Positions 1 to 10,447 of a stretch of DNA of 64,000 bases are shown here, piece by piece. Position 1 is the first letter of the stretch; the number at the start of each line of letters is the position of its first letter. Origin of the DNA: Dehalococcoidia bacterium (lineage in GTDB: Bacteria > Chloroflexota > Dehalococcoidia > Lucifugimonadales > SAR202-VII-2); NCBI GenBank assembly GCA_965263165.1, contig OZ253584.1, positions 64,178-128,177 of the forward strand, in the 5' to 3' direction. A program made the position numbers and the translations under genes. Below the pieces are notes generated by a model. It ran no database searches. It was given only the letters and a program-made list of their open reading frames with translations, and was not told the origin of the DNA.

Positions 1-1
1 C

Positions 2-793
2 TCGTGCCGGGCCGCGATCTGCGGTTCGTGCGCAATGCGCGTGAACGGGCGCGCCGGCCTCGGCTGCAAGACCCGGCTCCTCAGCAACGCCGATGACGAC
101 GGCGTTGTCAGGGTGGAGCCGATGGGCAACCAGCCCGTCGTCAAGGACCTCGTCGTGGACATGAGCGTGTTCTGGGGCAAGATTCGAGCCGTGAAACCCT
201 ACCTTCAACCCGAAGGCCCAGAGCCCGAGGGGGAGTATGTCGCTTCCAACGACTCCATGCTCAAGCTTCTCCAGACCATGGGCTGCATCATGTGCGGCGC
301 CTGCGTCTCCGACTGCACAGTCCTCGAGGTGAACCAGGACTTCCTCGGGCCCGCAGCCCTCGCCAAGTCCTACCGCTTCGTGGGCGACCCCAGGGACGAC
401 GCCACAAACCAGCGGTTCGCCGAGTTGGACGAGGCCGGCGGGATGTGGGACTGCACCCGCTGCTTCGAGTGCGTCCAAGCGTGCCCCAAGGGCGTGGCTC
501 CCATGGACCAAATCATGAAGCTGCGGGAAGAGGCCGCAGCCGCCGGCTTCACCAACACCACGGGCGCCCGCCACGCCGAAATCTTCGCCGAAACGGTGAA
601 GCACAGCGGCTGGGTGGACGAGCTTCAACTCGCCGTGAAGACCCCCGGCATGTTCAACATCGCCGCCCAAATCCACAACATGCCCGTCGGCATTCGCGCC
701 TTCCTACGGGGCAAGCTCCCACCCGTCGTTCACAAGGCCATCCCGGACGTGAGATTCGTGCGGCGCATCTTCGAAAAGGTCGAGGAAGATTAA
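2..793 (+). CDS. sdhB: Succinate dehydrogenase/fumarate reductase iron-sulfur subunit (5' truncated by window edge)
   Basis: SCRAAICGSCAM 2Fe-2S motif at the window start; CIMCGACVSDC and CTRCFECVQACP ferredoxin motifs. Confidence 0.9.
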   Translation, partial: SCRAAICGSCAMRVNGRAGLGCKTRLLSNADDDGVVRVEPMGNQPVVKDLVVDMSVFWGKIRAVKPYLQPEGPEPEGEYVASNDSMLKLLQTMGCIMCGACVSDCTVLEVNQDFLGPAALAKSYRFVGDPRDDATNQRFAELDEAGGMWDCTRCFECVQACPKGVAPMDQIMKLREEAAAAGFTNTTGARHAEIFAETVKHSGWVDELQLAVKTPGMFNIAAQIHNMPVGIRAFLRGKLPPVVHKAIPDVRFVRRIFEKVEED

Positions 794-1689
794 TGAAATA
801 CGCCTTCTTTCCCGGCTGCGTCTCTCGCGGCGGCTGCCCGGAACTGTACCCCTCCGCAGTGAAAGTCTGCGAGCGATTGGGCATCGAACTGGATGAGATG
901 CTGAACGCGTCATGCACCGGCGCAGGCGTACTCCAAGAAAAGAACAAGAAGCTTGGCGACACCCTCAACGCCCGCACGATGGCCATCGCAGAGAAGATGG
1001 GCTACGACACCATCATGGTTATCTGCTCCACGTGCCAGGGAGTGATGAGCCAGGCCAAGAAGGCCCTAGACTCCAACGCCGCCTATCGCGACGAGATCAA
1101 CAGCTACCTTGCCGAGGAGGAGCTGAAGTACACCGGCAACGTCCAACCCAAGCACCTTCTCTGGGTGCTCATAGAAGACATCGGTTTGGACAGAATCCGC
1201 GAGCACATCCAGCAACCCCTGCAAGGCGTGAAGCTGGCGCCGTTCTACGGTTGCTACATCGTCCGGCCAACCAGTGCTCTGGGGTTTGACGAGAACCCTG
1301 CCCGCCAGACGTCGCTAGAAACGCTCATCGAGTTGGTGGGTGCCGATGTCGTGGATTTCTCCGGCAAGACCCGTTGCTGCGGCTTCCCCATTCTCACCAT
1401 CAACGAGCAGGCTTCTGTGCGCATGGTGGGGAACCACACAGGCGAGGCCAAGGCCCTTGGCGCCGACGCTATGGTGACGCCTTGCCCTCTGTGTCACCTC
1501 AATTTGGACGGCTATCAGCCCGCCGCCGCCAAGCAGCGCGGCAAGAGCATTGGCCTTCCCATCCTTCACTTCCCGCAGATGATGGGCCTCGCAATGGGCA
1601 TATCCGCCAAGGAGATGGGCCTACAGCGGCACGTCATAGACACCAAGCCCGTGCAAAAGATGTTGGCTGAAACAAGCCCTACCTCTTGA
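793..1689 (+). CDS. CCG-domain protein (HdrB/SdhE-like membrane anchor subunit)
   Basis: ATG at 793 overlaps the sdhB stop (TAATG); YAFFPGC, SCTG, CSTC, FYGC, RCCG and TPCPLC motifs. Confidence 0.85.
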   Translation: MKYAFFPGCVSRGGCPELYPSAVKVCERLGIELDEMLNASCTGAGVLQEKNKKLGDTLNARTMAIAEKMGYDTIMVICSTCQGVMSQAKKALDSNAAYRDEINSYLAEEELKYTGNVQPKHLLWVLIEDIGLDRIREHIQQPLQGVKLAPFYGCYIVRPTSALGFDENPARQTSLETLIELVGADVVDFSGKTRCCGFPILTINEQASVRMVGNHTGEAKALGADAMVTPCPLCHLNLDGYQPAAAKQRGKSIGLPILHFPQMMGLAMGISAKEMGLQRHVIDTKPVQKMLAETSPTS

Positions 1690-1714
1690 CAACTCCGTAA
1701 ATCGGTATTAGTCT
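1686..1714 (+). promoter_or_regulatory. sigma70-type promoter
   Basis: TTGACA (1686-1691), 17-bp spacer, TAGTCT (1709-1714). Confidence 0.55.
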
Positions 1715-1750
1715 CTCTTACGCCGCCACGAAATTCGTGGCGGTGCGAAG

Positions 1751-1780
1751 AAAAGCCCCAGGTCCCGGGGTTTTCATTTT
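1751..1780. terminator. Intrinsic terminator between convergent genes
   Basis: AAAAGCCCCAGGTCCCGGGGTTTTCATTTT hairpin with A/T tracts on both sides. Confidence 0.6.
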
Positions 1781-1998
1781 GCGCCCGCCCTTTCCTGGGG
1801 CGGGCGCTTCGTTTTGCCACCCATACACGGGGCGTTAGCCCCGAAACGACGGCTCACACACCCAGCGTTGGCGCGCGAGACCCGCTGCGCTTCCACCCGC
1901 CATCGCGCGCCCGGGCCCAACATGCCGGACGACGAGGGCCTCCATCCGCCGCCGGAACGATGGCATTCGCACAGGCTCAACGGCCCATAACTTCTGGG

Positions 1999-3282
1999 CT
2001 ATTTGATTGTTTTGATAGCTTGCTCGAAGGCTTCCAGCGTCCTGTTCACGTCCTGCTGGTCGTGGGCCAGAGACACGTAGAACTTGTGCCCCGAACGCAG
2101 AATACCCTGGTCCACCAGCGACCCCACGAACCGCTTGTGGGTCTCGCCGTCGGCGCGCAGGGTGGACCGGTAGTCAACGATGTCCTCGTCCGTGAAGTAG
2201 ACATCGAACATCGGGGCCACGCCCGACACCCTAGCCGGGATCTCCGCCTCCCCCAGCAGGCGCGCCAGGCCATCCTTGAGCTGATGTCCCGTAGCGAACA
2301 AGCGCTCGTAGGCGCCCGGCTCTCTCAAGACCTCCAACGTCGCCAGACCTGCGGCCGCGGCCACGGGGTTCCCATTGAGTGTGCCGACCTGAGGCACATA
2401 CTCGTCGGCACCGGCCAACTCGACATCAAAGCCCTGCATAATCTCGCGCTTTCCCACGATGCCGGCCAGCGGATACCCGCCGCCCACAATCTTGCCTATG
2501 GCCGCGATGTCGGGCGTCACGCCGTAGTACTCCTGGGCCCCGCCATAGGCAAACCGGAAGCCCGTAACAACCTCGTCGAAGATGAGCGGAATCTCGTATA
2601 GTTCGGTGAGTTTGCGCAGCCCTTGAAGAAATCCCGGCTTCGGTTCGATGACCCTCTGCAGCGGCTCCAAGATCACCGCCGCCAGGTCCTCATGATTCTG
2701 CTCGATGAGCTCGGCGGTATATTCCAGGTCGTTGAACGGCGCCGCGAGCACGGTCTCCTGGATCGCCTTGGGGACGCCGGCGGAGCTGGGGATGGGCTTA
2801 GGAAACGGCGACAGATCCGATGGCGCCAGGCTCATGATCGAGTAATCGTGCATACCGTGGTAGCCGCCCTCGAACTTGAGTATCTTGTCCCTCTTGCGAT
2901 ACGCCCGCGCAATTCTCAGGGCGTAGAAGGTGGCTTCCGTGCCGCTGGACACGAACCTGACTTGGTCGGCGCAAGGCAAGGCGTTGACGATTTCTTCTGC
3001 GAGCTGCACGGCCAACTCGTTCGTAATGAAGAACGTGCTGCCTTTGGCCACCTGCCGCTGCACGGCCTCAACCACCGCGGGGTGAGCGTGCCCAAGCACC
3101 ATCGGGCCGGAACCCATCAGGTAGTCGAGGTATTCCCGTCCGTCCACGTCGTAGACCTTGGACCCCCTGCCCTCCCGGATGATCACCGGCCGGTCCTTGG
3201 ACATCGGGACGTTGCCCACGGTGCCTCCCGGCAAGGCGCGCAGGGCTCGCTCGACGAGATCTCGACTGGAGGCGGCAGCCAT
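1999..3282 (-). CDS. Class III PLP aminotransferase, glutamate-1-semialdehyde aminomutase (HemL)-like
   Basis: SSGTEAT, KFEGGYHG, IFDEVVTGFR, GKIVGGG (PLP lysine), GTLNGNP. Confidence 0.85.
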   Translation of the reverse strand: MAAASSRDLVERALRALPGGTVGNVPMSKDRPVIIREGRGSKVYDVDGREYLDYLMGSGPMVLGHAHPAVVEAVQRQVAKGSTFFITNELAVQLAEEIVNALPCADQVRFVSSGTEATFYALRIARAYRKRDKILKFEGGYHGMHDYSIMSLAPSDLSPFPKPIPSSAGVPKAIQETVLAAPFNDLEYTAELIEQNHEDLAAVILEPLQRVIEPKPGFLQGLRKLTELYEIPLIFDEVVTGFRFAYGGAQEYYGVTPDIAAIGKIVGGGYPLAGIVGKREIMQGFDVELAGADEYVPQVGTLNGNPVAAAAGLATLEVLREPGAYERLFATGHQLKDGLARLLGEAEIPARVSGVAPMFDVYFTDEDIVDYRSTLRADGETHKRFVGSLVDQGILRSGHKFYVSLAHDQQDVNRTLEAFEQAIKTIK

Positions 3283-3458
3283 GAAGGGCTCCTAGGAGAG
3301 GGGGATGGAACTCACTATGTCAAAGGCCGAAATCGGTGTCAACGCCGACGCCGACGATGAGCAAGGGCCGCCGCGAGGCCGCCATCCCATTCCATCTTCA
3401 GAACACCGAAACGGCGCCAGGCGGGTCACAGAATCCGGCCACCCAGGCTGGCGAGCGC

Positions 3459-3992
3459 CTACCCCCGCGGAGCGTGGTCGAGCAGATACAGCGCGGCGAT
3501 GCTCTTGGAGTCCTTGATCCGCCCGGAGGCCACCAGCGCCGGCATTTCCGATGCCGGGTAGCGCTCCAACTCGATGTGCTCGTCCTCATCACCCTGCCTG
3601 GGGCTGGGATGAAGCCCACGGGCCAGGAAGACGCTCATGTACTCGGTGGCATATCCGGGAACCATCCAGAAGGCGCCCAAAGATGTGACCTCGGCGGCGG
3701 CGTAACCCGTCTCCTCCTGTAGCTCCCGTTGGGCGCAGGCCTCAGGCTCCTCGCCCGCGTCAATGCCGCCGGCGGGAAACTCCAGCAACGACTCGCCCGC
3801 GGCCTTCCGGTACTGCCGCACCAACAGTAGGTTGCCGTCCTCGTCCACTGGCACGATGGTCACCGCGCCCGAGTGCTCCACGATCTCCCTCAAGGCCGTC
3901 TTCCCGCTGGGCAGGCGGACCGTGTCGACCCGCAGATTCAACACGCGGCCCTCGTGGATGCGCCGCGTTTCCAGGGTTGGTTCTTGCTCCAT
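3459..3992 (-). CDS. NUDIX hydrolase (ADP-ribose pyrophosphatase-like)
   Basis: Nudix box GGIDAGEEPEACAQRELQEETG; VRQYR. Confidence 0.9.
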   Translation of the reverse strand: MEQEPTLETRRIHEGRVLNLRVDTVRLPSGKTALREIVEHSGAVTIVPVDEDGNLLLVRQYRKAAGESLLEFPAGGIDAGEEPEACAQRELQEETGYAAAEVTSLGAFWMVPGYATEYMSVFLARGLHPSPRQGDEDEHIELERYPASEMPALVASGRIKDSKSIAALYLLDHAPRG

Positions 3993-4025
3993 AGCTACAG
4001 GTCCTCCATCCCCATGAACCCCCTC

Positions 4026-4892
4026 TCAATTCATCGGTTGGCCGTTGTCCAGCCTGAGGCGCTCCCGCACCGTGCTGTAGAAGTACTCTGGCGGGTGGAA
4101 CCGGAGAAATCTCGCGCGGTGCTCGCTTCTTCGGATGCGCACCGAGTCGCCGTCCTGAAGGCTCAGGTCCACATAGCCGTCGACGCTCAACACCGCTTGG
4201 TAGTCCGTGTGGACCGTCAGGTCAATCACGCACGTCGCCGGAATGACCAGCGACCCGGAGAAGCTGATGTGCGGTGCAACGGCAGTGACAACGAGGTCGG
4301 TAGTTGAAGGGTGAAGGATCGGACCCCCCGCCGAGAAGGCATAGCCCGTGCTTCCCGTCGCCGTGGCCACGATCACGGCGTCGGCGGTATAGCGGGTCAG
4401 GTGGACGCCGTCAATGCTGACCTCCACCCGCGCGAGGCGGGGAACGGCCCCGCGCCCCACCAGAGCGTCGTTGAGAGCGTGGAACGGCTGTGGCGCTGAG
4501 ACGGTCGACCGGTCAGGCGCTGTCTCCACCGACAGCATGGCCCGCTCCTCCACCCACCCATCCACACCCTCCAGAAGGCTGGCAAACCCCGACCTTGCCT
4601 GCGATGGCGCCAGCTCCGCCATGAAGCCGACCCGCCCCATGTTCACGCCCAGAAGAGGAACGCCGAAGGGGGCCGCAACCCGGGTGGTCCTCAGGATCGT
4701 GCCGTCGCCGCCAACAGTCACGATGAGGCCCGCGCCCTCTACGTCGGCCTTTCGATGCTCTAGGTCCATGACCGCGCACGACCAGGGGGCGCGGCCCGTA
4801 CCCAGTTGCCCGGCAATGCTGCGGGCGATGTCCTGAGCCTCCGCGACCCAGGCGTTATAGACGATGCCTATGGTGTGATAGGGCATGGACAC
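4026..4892 (-). CDS. nadK: NAD kinase
   Basis: GGDGT, GRVGF, ALND, TATGSTGYAFSAGGP. Confidence 0.93.
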   Translation of the reverse strand: MSMPYHTIGIVYNAWVAEAQDIARSIAGQLGTGRAPWSCAVMDLEHRKADVEGAGLIVTVGGDGTILRTTRVAAPFGVPLLGVNMGRVGFMAELAPSQARSGFASLLEGVDGWVEERAMLSVETAPDRSTVSAPQPFHALNDALVGRGAVPRLARVEVSIDGVHLTRYTADAVIVATATGSTGYAFSAGGPILHPSTTDLVVTAVAPHISFSGSLVIPATCVIDLTVHTDYQAVLSVDGYVDLSLQDGDSVRIRRSEHRARFLRFHPPEYFYSTVRERLRLDNGQPMN

Positions 4893-4984
4893 AAGTGGGA
4901 CACGGCAACTGCTCCGGGATATTAAACCACAACGACCCGGCGCGTGCGCCGGATCGGGGCAGCGAGGCGGCGCGCGGCTTGCCC

Positions 4985-6484
4985 CTACCCGCCGGCGATG
5001 ATCCCCACGGCGGACTCGGCGATTCCGAGGAAGTATCCGGGTATGATGCCCAGCGCCACGATGCCTATCGCCGTGATCGCCAGCGCTCCCCGCCCTGCCA
5101 GCGAGAAGGCCGATCGCTCCCGTTCAGCCGGGGCGCCCGAGTACATCACACGGATCACTCGCAGGTAGTAGTAGGCGGAAATCACGCTATTGATCGCCCC
5201 GATGACGACCAGCCAGGCCAGGTCGGCCCTGACGGCGGCGCTGAAGATATAGATCTTGGCTATGAAGCCTGCGGTGGGCGGAACCCCTATCAGCGAGATC
5301 ATGCTAATTCCCAGGACCGCAGCCAGAAGCGGCGCCTTGAAGCCCATGCCGATAAAGTCATCGATACGCTCGCTCTTGACCCTATTGGAAATGGCGATCA
5401 CGGCGAAGAAGGCGGCCAGGTTCGTGGCTCCGTAGGCCACCAGGTAGAACAGCACTCCGCTGAGGCCAAGGATGGTTGGCCCTTCAGCAACGCGGTCGGA
5501 AACCGCCGCCACGCCCACCATCAGATAGCCGGCGTGGGCCACCGTGCTGTAAGCAAGGAGGCGTTTGATGTTGTTCTGGGCAATCGCAACAAGATTGCCC
5601 ACCGTCATCGACAGCACCGCCAGAACGGCGAAGGCCATGCTCCAGTCCAGACTGATCCCGCCAAAGGCGACGTAGAAGACCCTAATCAATACGGCGAAGG
5701 CGGCGGCCTTGCTCGCCACCGACAGGTAGGCGGTAATGGGCGTCGGCGACCCCTCGTAGACATCCGGGACCCACATATGGAACGGCGCCAGGGACATCTT
5801 GAAGCCGAACCCCGCCACGATGAGCACGATGCCCAGCATCAGAGGCGCCGCGCCGAAGGCAATGTTCTCCACTGGCTGCTCCTGGATCCGCTCCGCGATG
5901 ACGGCAAGCTGCGTGCTGCCCGTGAAGCCGTAGACCAGCACCATGCCGTAAAGGAGCAGCGCCGAACTGACCGCCGCCAGCACGAAGAACTTCATCGCCG
6001 CTTCCGTGGAACGCGCGTCCCGCAAGAAGGCGGCCAACACCACCAGGGGCAGGGTCGCCAGTTCCAGGGCCACGTAGATGGTCACCAGCTCGGTCGTGGC
6101 GGCAAGCAGCATCATGCCCGTCGCTGACAGCAGAATCAGAGCGTAATACTCGCCGCGGTACCGGGAGAACCTCGACGCGTAGTCCTGCGAGGCCATAACG
6201 ACCAGCCCCACGACGGCAATGACCAGCAATTTGAAGAACAGGGCAAAGTGGTCGACGGCAAAGGTCGCAGCCTGCCCCAGTTCCAAGAAGCGCTGCTCCA
6301 CGGGTTCGCCAGCTATGTCCACCCACAGCGCAATGCAGAAGGCCGCTGGCGCGGCAAGCCCGACCACCGTCAGGAACGCCAGGACGCCCTTCTTGCGCAC
6401 GAAAAGATCGGCCAGAATAACCACCACGGCCAACCCGGCCATGCTGATCTCAGGCGATAGTAGATATACGTCGCTAGCCGTCAT
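4985..6484 (-). CDS. nuoN: NADH-quinone oxidoreductase subunit N
   Basis: EAAMKFF, FKMSLAPFHMWVPDVYEGSP, KRLLAYS; last gene of the operon. Confidence 0.93.
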   Translation of the reverse strand: MTASDVYLLSPEISMAGLAVVVILADLFVRKKGVLAFLTVVGLAAPAAFCIALWVDIAGEPVEQRFLELGQAATFAVDHFALFFKLLVIAVVGLVVMASQDYASRFSRYRGEYYALILLSATGMMLLAATTELVTIYVALELATLPLVVLAAFLRDARSTEAAMKFFVLAAVSSALLLYGMVLVYGFTGSTQLAVIAERIQEQPVENIAFGAAPLMLGIVLIVAGFGFKMSLAPFHMWVPDVYEGSPTPITAYLSVASKAAAFAVLIRVFYVAFGGISLDWSMAFAVLAVLSMTVGNLVAIAQNNIKRLLAYSTVAHAGYLMVGVAAVSDRVAEGPTILGLSGVLFYLVAYGATNLAAFFAVIAISNRVKSERIDDFIGMGFKAPLLAAVLGISMISLIGVPPTAGFIAKIYIFSAAVRADLAWLVVIGAINSVISAYYYLRVIRVMYSGAPAERERSAFSLAGRGALAITAIGIVALGIIPGYFLGIAESAVGIIAGG

Positions 6485-6533
6485 CCCTACTCCGCAGACC
6501 CCATCCGGGGCCTGCCGGTAACCTTTGCCTCAC

Positions 6534-8033
6534 CTACGGGAACCTGAACCGGACCAGGTCCGGCAACGCGCTGTCGAGCACATCGGTGATCACGGCGGGG
6601 TACACGCCCACAACCACAATGGCAACGACCAGCGCTATCAAGGGCGCCCTCTCCAGCCAGGACGCGTCGCCGACGCCTTCATGGCGGCCAGACGGCGGCC
6701 CAAACAGGACGCGTTGGAGCGTCCACAGAATGTACCCGGCCGCAAGCACCACGCCGAAGGCGGCGAAGGCCGTGGGCCAAGCGTGCGCCTTGAAGGCGCC
6801 CAGGAACACCATGATCTCCGCAACGAACCCGCTCAGGCCAGGCAGACCCAGGGACGCCAACCCAGCGATAACAAATGTCACCGCAACGAACGGCATCCTC
6901 GGCGCCAGGCCCTTGATGTCCGGTATGTGACGCGTGTGCACCTTCTCATAGACCAAACCCACCAGCGCGAACAGGAGGCCCGTGATGGTGCCGTGCGTGA
7001 ACATCTGCACGGACGCCCCGGTGATGCCCACGGTGGCAAACCCACCGCCAAGCGCAGACACGGACGTCACTCCCAGCAGCACGAACCCCATGTGGCTAAC
7101 GGAACTGTACGCCACCAGGCGCTTCAGGTCGGTCTGTCGCATGGTAACAACCGCTCCGTACAGAATCGAGAACGCCGCCAGCACCGCCAACGGCTTCCCG
7201 TAGTCGCTGGCCACGTCCGGAAACATCGACAGGCAGACTCGCAGAATGCCGTACCCCCCCATCTTCAACAAAACGCCCGCCAGCATCACGCTGACCGCCG
7301 TCGGGGCGTCCGTGTGGGCGTCCGGCAACCAGGTGTGGACGGGCCAAATCGGCAGCTTGACCGCGAAGGCGGCGAAGAAGAAGAAGAAGGCCACCGCCGC
7401 TGGCATGATCATCTTGGAGTAGGGAATCGCCAGCCCCAACTCCTGCGTGATCCGAATCATGTCGAACGTTCCCGTGGCGAAGTAGAGGGCCAGGATGCCC
7501 ACCAGCATAAACGCCGACCCCAGAAACGTGAACGCGACGAACTTCATCGCCGAGTAGGTGGGCCTTCCCGTCCCCCACATAGAGATCAGGAAGTACATGG
7601 GGATCAGTTCGATCTCCCAGAAAATGAAGAACAGCAGGAAGTCCAGGGCCACGAAAACGCCCATGACCGCCGTCCAGAGGAGCAGCAGCCACATAAAGTA
7701 CTCTCTCACCCGGTTCTGCACGCTCCAGGACACGAACACCGCGCAGGCCCCCAGAAGTCCCGTCAGCAACACCATCGGTGCGCTCAGCCCGTCCATGCCC
7801 AGGAAGTACTGAGCATTGAGCGCCGGTATCCAGTTGGCGGCTCTATCTACGAGCTGCACCCCGCCCTGCGCCGAGTCGTAGGAAGCAAAAGCCACGATGC
7901 TCAGGGCGAGTTCGGCTACAGCGACGATGCCCGCGATCCATCGGACCTGCTGCTTGTCCCGCGCCAGAAGCGCGATGACCAAGGCTGCCGCCGCCGGCAG
8001 GAATACCAGGGTAGTGAGAAGGCCTACGAACAC
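6534..8033 (-). CDS. nuoM: NADH-quinone oxidoreductase subunit M
   Basis: FWEIELIPMY, KLPIWPVHTWLPDAHTDAP, LLKMGGYG. Confidence 0.93.
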   Translation of the reverse strand: MFVGLLTTLVFLPAAAALVIALLARDKQQVRWIAGIVAVAELALSIVAFASYDSAQGGVQLVDRAANWIPALNAQYFLGMDGLSAPMVLLTGLLGACAVFVSWSVQNRVREYFMWLLLLWTAVMGVFVALDFLLFFIFWEIELIPMYFLISMWGTGRPTYSAMKFVAFTFLGSAFMLVGILALYFATGTFDMIRITQELGLAIPYSKMIMPAAVAFFFFFAAFAVKLPIWPVHTWLPDAHTDAPTAVSVMLAGVLLKMGGYGILRVCLSMFPDVASDYGKPLAVLAAFSILYGAVVTMRQTDLKRLVAYSSVSHMGFVLLGVTSVSALGGGFATVGITGASVQMFTHGTITGLLFALVGLVYEKVHTRHIPDIKGLAPRMPFVAVTFVIAGLASLGLPGLSGFVAEIMVFLGAFKAHAWPTAFAAFGVVLAAGYILWTLQRVLFGPPSGRHEGVGDASWLERAPLIALVVAIVVVGVYPAVITDVLDSALPDLVRFRFP

Positions 8034-8099
8034 CCGGTTATCCTCCTGGACCTTTCATGTTTACCTTTTCCTCTCTCGCCTGCCTTCCCCGCGGGCCGC

Positions 8100-10160
8100 C
8101 TAGCCCCAAATGAGGAACGCCGCAACAAGCACTATGATTCCCGCCGATATGCCGATGCCGTACACCTGCACTTGCCCCGTCTGAGCCTGCGCCATGGCCC
8201 GGCCCAGGTTGCGCCCGGTCCAGCCCAGGACGTTGACGACGCCGTCCACCAGCCTAGAATCGAATCCAGCCGTGATGAACGCTATACCCTTGTAGAAGAC
8301 CCGGGAAACCAGGGCGCCCTCATAGAGCTCGTCCACGTAGTACTTGCGGTAGACGAGCCGGTATAGCCCCGGCAACGCTCCCGCCACCCGGTCGGTGGAC
8401 ATGCGCCTGGCCACGTAGAACCAGTAGGCAAGCAGGATCCCCGCAATGGCCACAGCGCTGGCCACCAGGGCCAGCCCAACATTGATATCCGCCGCAGGCT
8501 CATGGAACGAAAGCAGCGGCTCCTGGGGCATGACGAGGTTGTGTGAGAACCAGTGCTGTTGAATAACGCCCAGGTCGAACGGCGGATTGGCGATGAATCC
8601 CGCCGCCACCGCCGCCACCGCCAACAGGACCATCGGTAGCACCATCGTCGCCGGCGACTCGCCCAAGTGAACGTGCCCGCCCCTCTTCTCCTCCTCGTCA
8701 GCCGACAGCGTTACCCGTTGTCCGTCAAAGACGGAGGAGGAGGATGCGTCGGCAATCTTCTGCTCAACGCCGCCCCGGAACTCCCCGTGGAAGGTGAGGA
8801 ATATGACGCGGAAGATGTAGAAGGCAGTCATAAGGGCAGCCAGGATGCCCAGAATGTAAACGAGCATCCCCACGCCACCCTGATTGAACGCGTGGGCCAG
8901 AATTTCGTCCTTGCTCCACCACCCTGCGAAGAAGGGGAACCCCGCCAGGCTCAGGCCGCCCAGGAGGAAGGTGGCGTACGTCCACTTCATATGCTTCCGC
9001 AGCCCCCCCATGTACCGCATATCGAAGGTGCCCGCAGCGTGGTTCACGCTGCCCGAACCCAGGAACAGAAGAGCCTTGAAGAAAGCGTGCGTGAACAGGT
9101 GGAAGATCGCCGCGTCGTACGCGCCCACTCCCAGAGCCAGCATCATGTACCCAAGTTGGCTGATCGTGGAATAGGCCAACACCCGTTTGATGTCGTGCAT
9201 GACGAGGCCCATCGTGGCCCCGAAGAAGGCGGTGATCCCGCCAATCAGCGCCACGAGCGTCATGGCCGCCGTCATGCCGACATGGGGGTCGGGCGCAAAT
9301 ACGGGGAAGAATCGCGCCACCAGGAACACGCCCGCCGCCACCATGGTGGCGGCGTGAATGAGCGCGCTGACGGGCGTGGGACCCTCCATCGCGTCCGGTA
9401 GCCATGTATGCAGCGGGACCTGCGCCGACTTGCCTATGGCGCCCGCGAAGATGCCCCCGGCCAGCCATGCCAGCGCCGTGGTCCCCAGAAGGCCCAGCAC
9501 CGCCGCCTGGTGAATGTCGGGGATCTCCAGCGAGTTGAGGCCCGCCGCCGTGAAGGTCTCTTGGTTGAAGAAGAAGTAGAGGATTGCGAGGAGCAGCCCG
9601 AAGTCTCCGATCCGCGTGACGATGAACGCCTTCTTCGCCGCCGCAGCCGCAGCCGCCCGCTGATACCAAAAACCGATCAGCAGGTACGAGCTCAGCCCCA
9701 CCAACTCCCAGAACACGAAGAGTTGAATCAGATTGCGGGCCATCACCAATCCCAGCATGGCCGCAGTGAACAGCGACATGATGGCGAAGTAGCGGGCATA
9801 GCCAGCGTCGTCCTTCATGTAGCCCATGGAGTAGATCTGCACCATCAGGCTGACGCTGGAGGCCACCACGAGCATGATGGCCGTCAGGCTGTCCATATAG
9901 ATGCCGACGGAGAAGATGAATGCCTCTCCGCCCCCAAGGCTCACCCATTCGTGGGCCGCCCAGCCGATGGCTTCCTCGTGGCCAAGCACCGACTGCAAGG
10001 CCCAGCAGGAGAGCGCCAGCGACCCGCCGATCGCCAGGATCGCCAGGTAGGCGCTCACCCGAGCATAGCGGTTGAAAAAGGGCCGAATGACCAGCCCAAT
10101 GACAAGGAAGCTGGCTATAGGCAGGAAGAATATTGCCCAGGCAGCGGCTTCAGAGATCAT
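8100..10160 (-). CDS. nuoL: NADH-quinone oxidoreductase subunit L
   Basis: GKSAQVPLHTWLPDAMEGPTPVSALIHAATMV, HAFFKALLFL. Confidence 0.95.
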   Translation of the reverse strand: MISEAAAWAIFFLPIASFLVIGLVIRPFFNRYARVSAYLAILAIGGSLALSCWALQSVLGHEEAIGWAAHEWVSLGGGEAFIFSVGIYMDSLTAIMLVVASSVSLMVQIYSMGYMKDDAGYARYFAIMSLFTAAMLGLVMARNLIQLFVFWELVGLSSYLLIGFWYQRAAAAAAAKKAFIVTRIGDFGLLLAILYFFFNQETFTAAGLNSLEIPDIHQAAVLGLLGTTALAWLAGGIFAGAIGKSAQVPLHTWLPDAMEGPTPVSALIHAATMVAAGVFLVARFFPVFAPDPHVGMTAAMTLVALIGGITAFFGATMGLVMHDIKRVLAYSTISQLGYMMLALGVGAYDAAIFHLFTHAFFKALLFLGSGSVNHAAGTFDMRYMGGLRKHMKWTYATFLLGGLSLAGFPFFAGWWSKDEILAHAFNQGGVGMLVYILGILAALMTAFYIFRVIFLTFHGEFRGGVEQKIADASSSSVFDGQRVTLSADEEEKRGGHVHLGESPATMVLPMVLLAVAAVAAGFIANPPFDLGVIQQHWFSHNLVMPQEPLLSFHEPAADINVGLALVASAVAIAGILLAYWFYVARRMSTDRVAGALPGLYRLVYRKYYVDELYEGALVSRVFYKGIAFITAGFDSRLVDGVVNVLGWTGRNLGRAMAQAQTGQVQVYGIGISAGIIVLVAAFLIWG

Positions 10161-10163
10161 CGA

Positions 10164-10358
10164 CTACAGTTTCCTCACGATTTCGTCTGCTACGTGCTCG
10201 CGTCCGTGGGGCACCATTACCCGGAAGGGGATCCGTTCCCCCCATTCGAGCACGTCCCCCTCCGGAAGAATCCGCGTGGGGAGGCCCTCCCCCTCGAGGA
10301 TGTTCTTCCACATCTCGGCAATCATCAGATTGGGTGCTTTTTTGTATTCGGCCCACAT
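10164..10358 (-). CDS. Small conserved protein, DUF2007-like
   Basis: AEMWKNILEGEGLP pattern resembles DUF2007; co-oriented inside the nuo operon, 3 bp from nuoL. Confidence 0.6.
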   Translation of the reverse strand: MWAEYKKAPNLMIAEMWKNILEGEGLPTRILPEGDVLEWGERIPFRVMVPHGREHVADEIVRKL

Positions 10359-10447
10359 GGCCGTCTCCCTCTGGCATAGTTCGGCGGGCTTTTCGGCCCG
10401 CTCCTCTCGTCTCCCGCTGCGGCGCCCTCTCTGCCTGGCGCCCTGCC

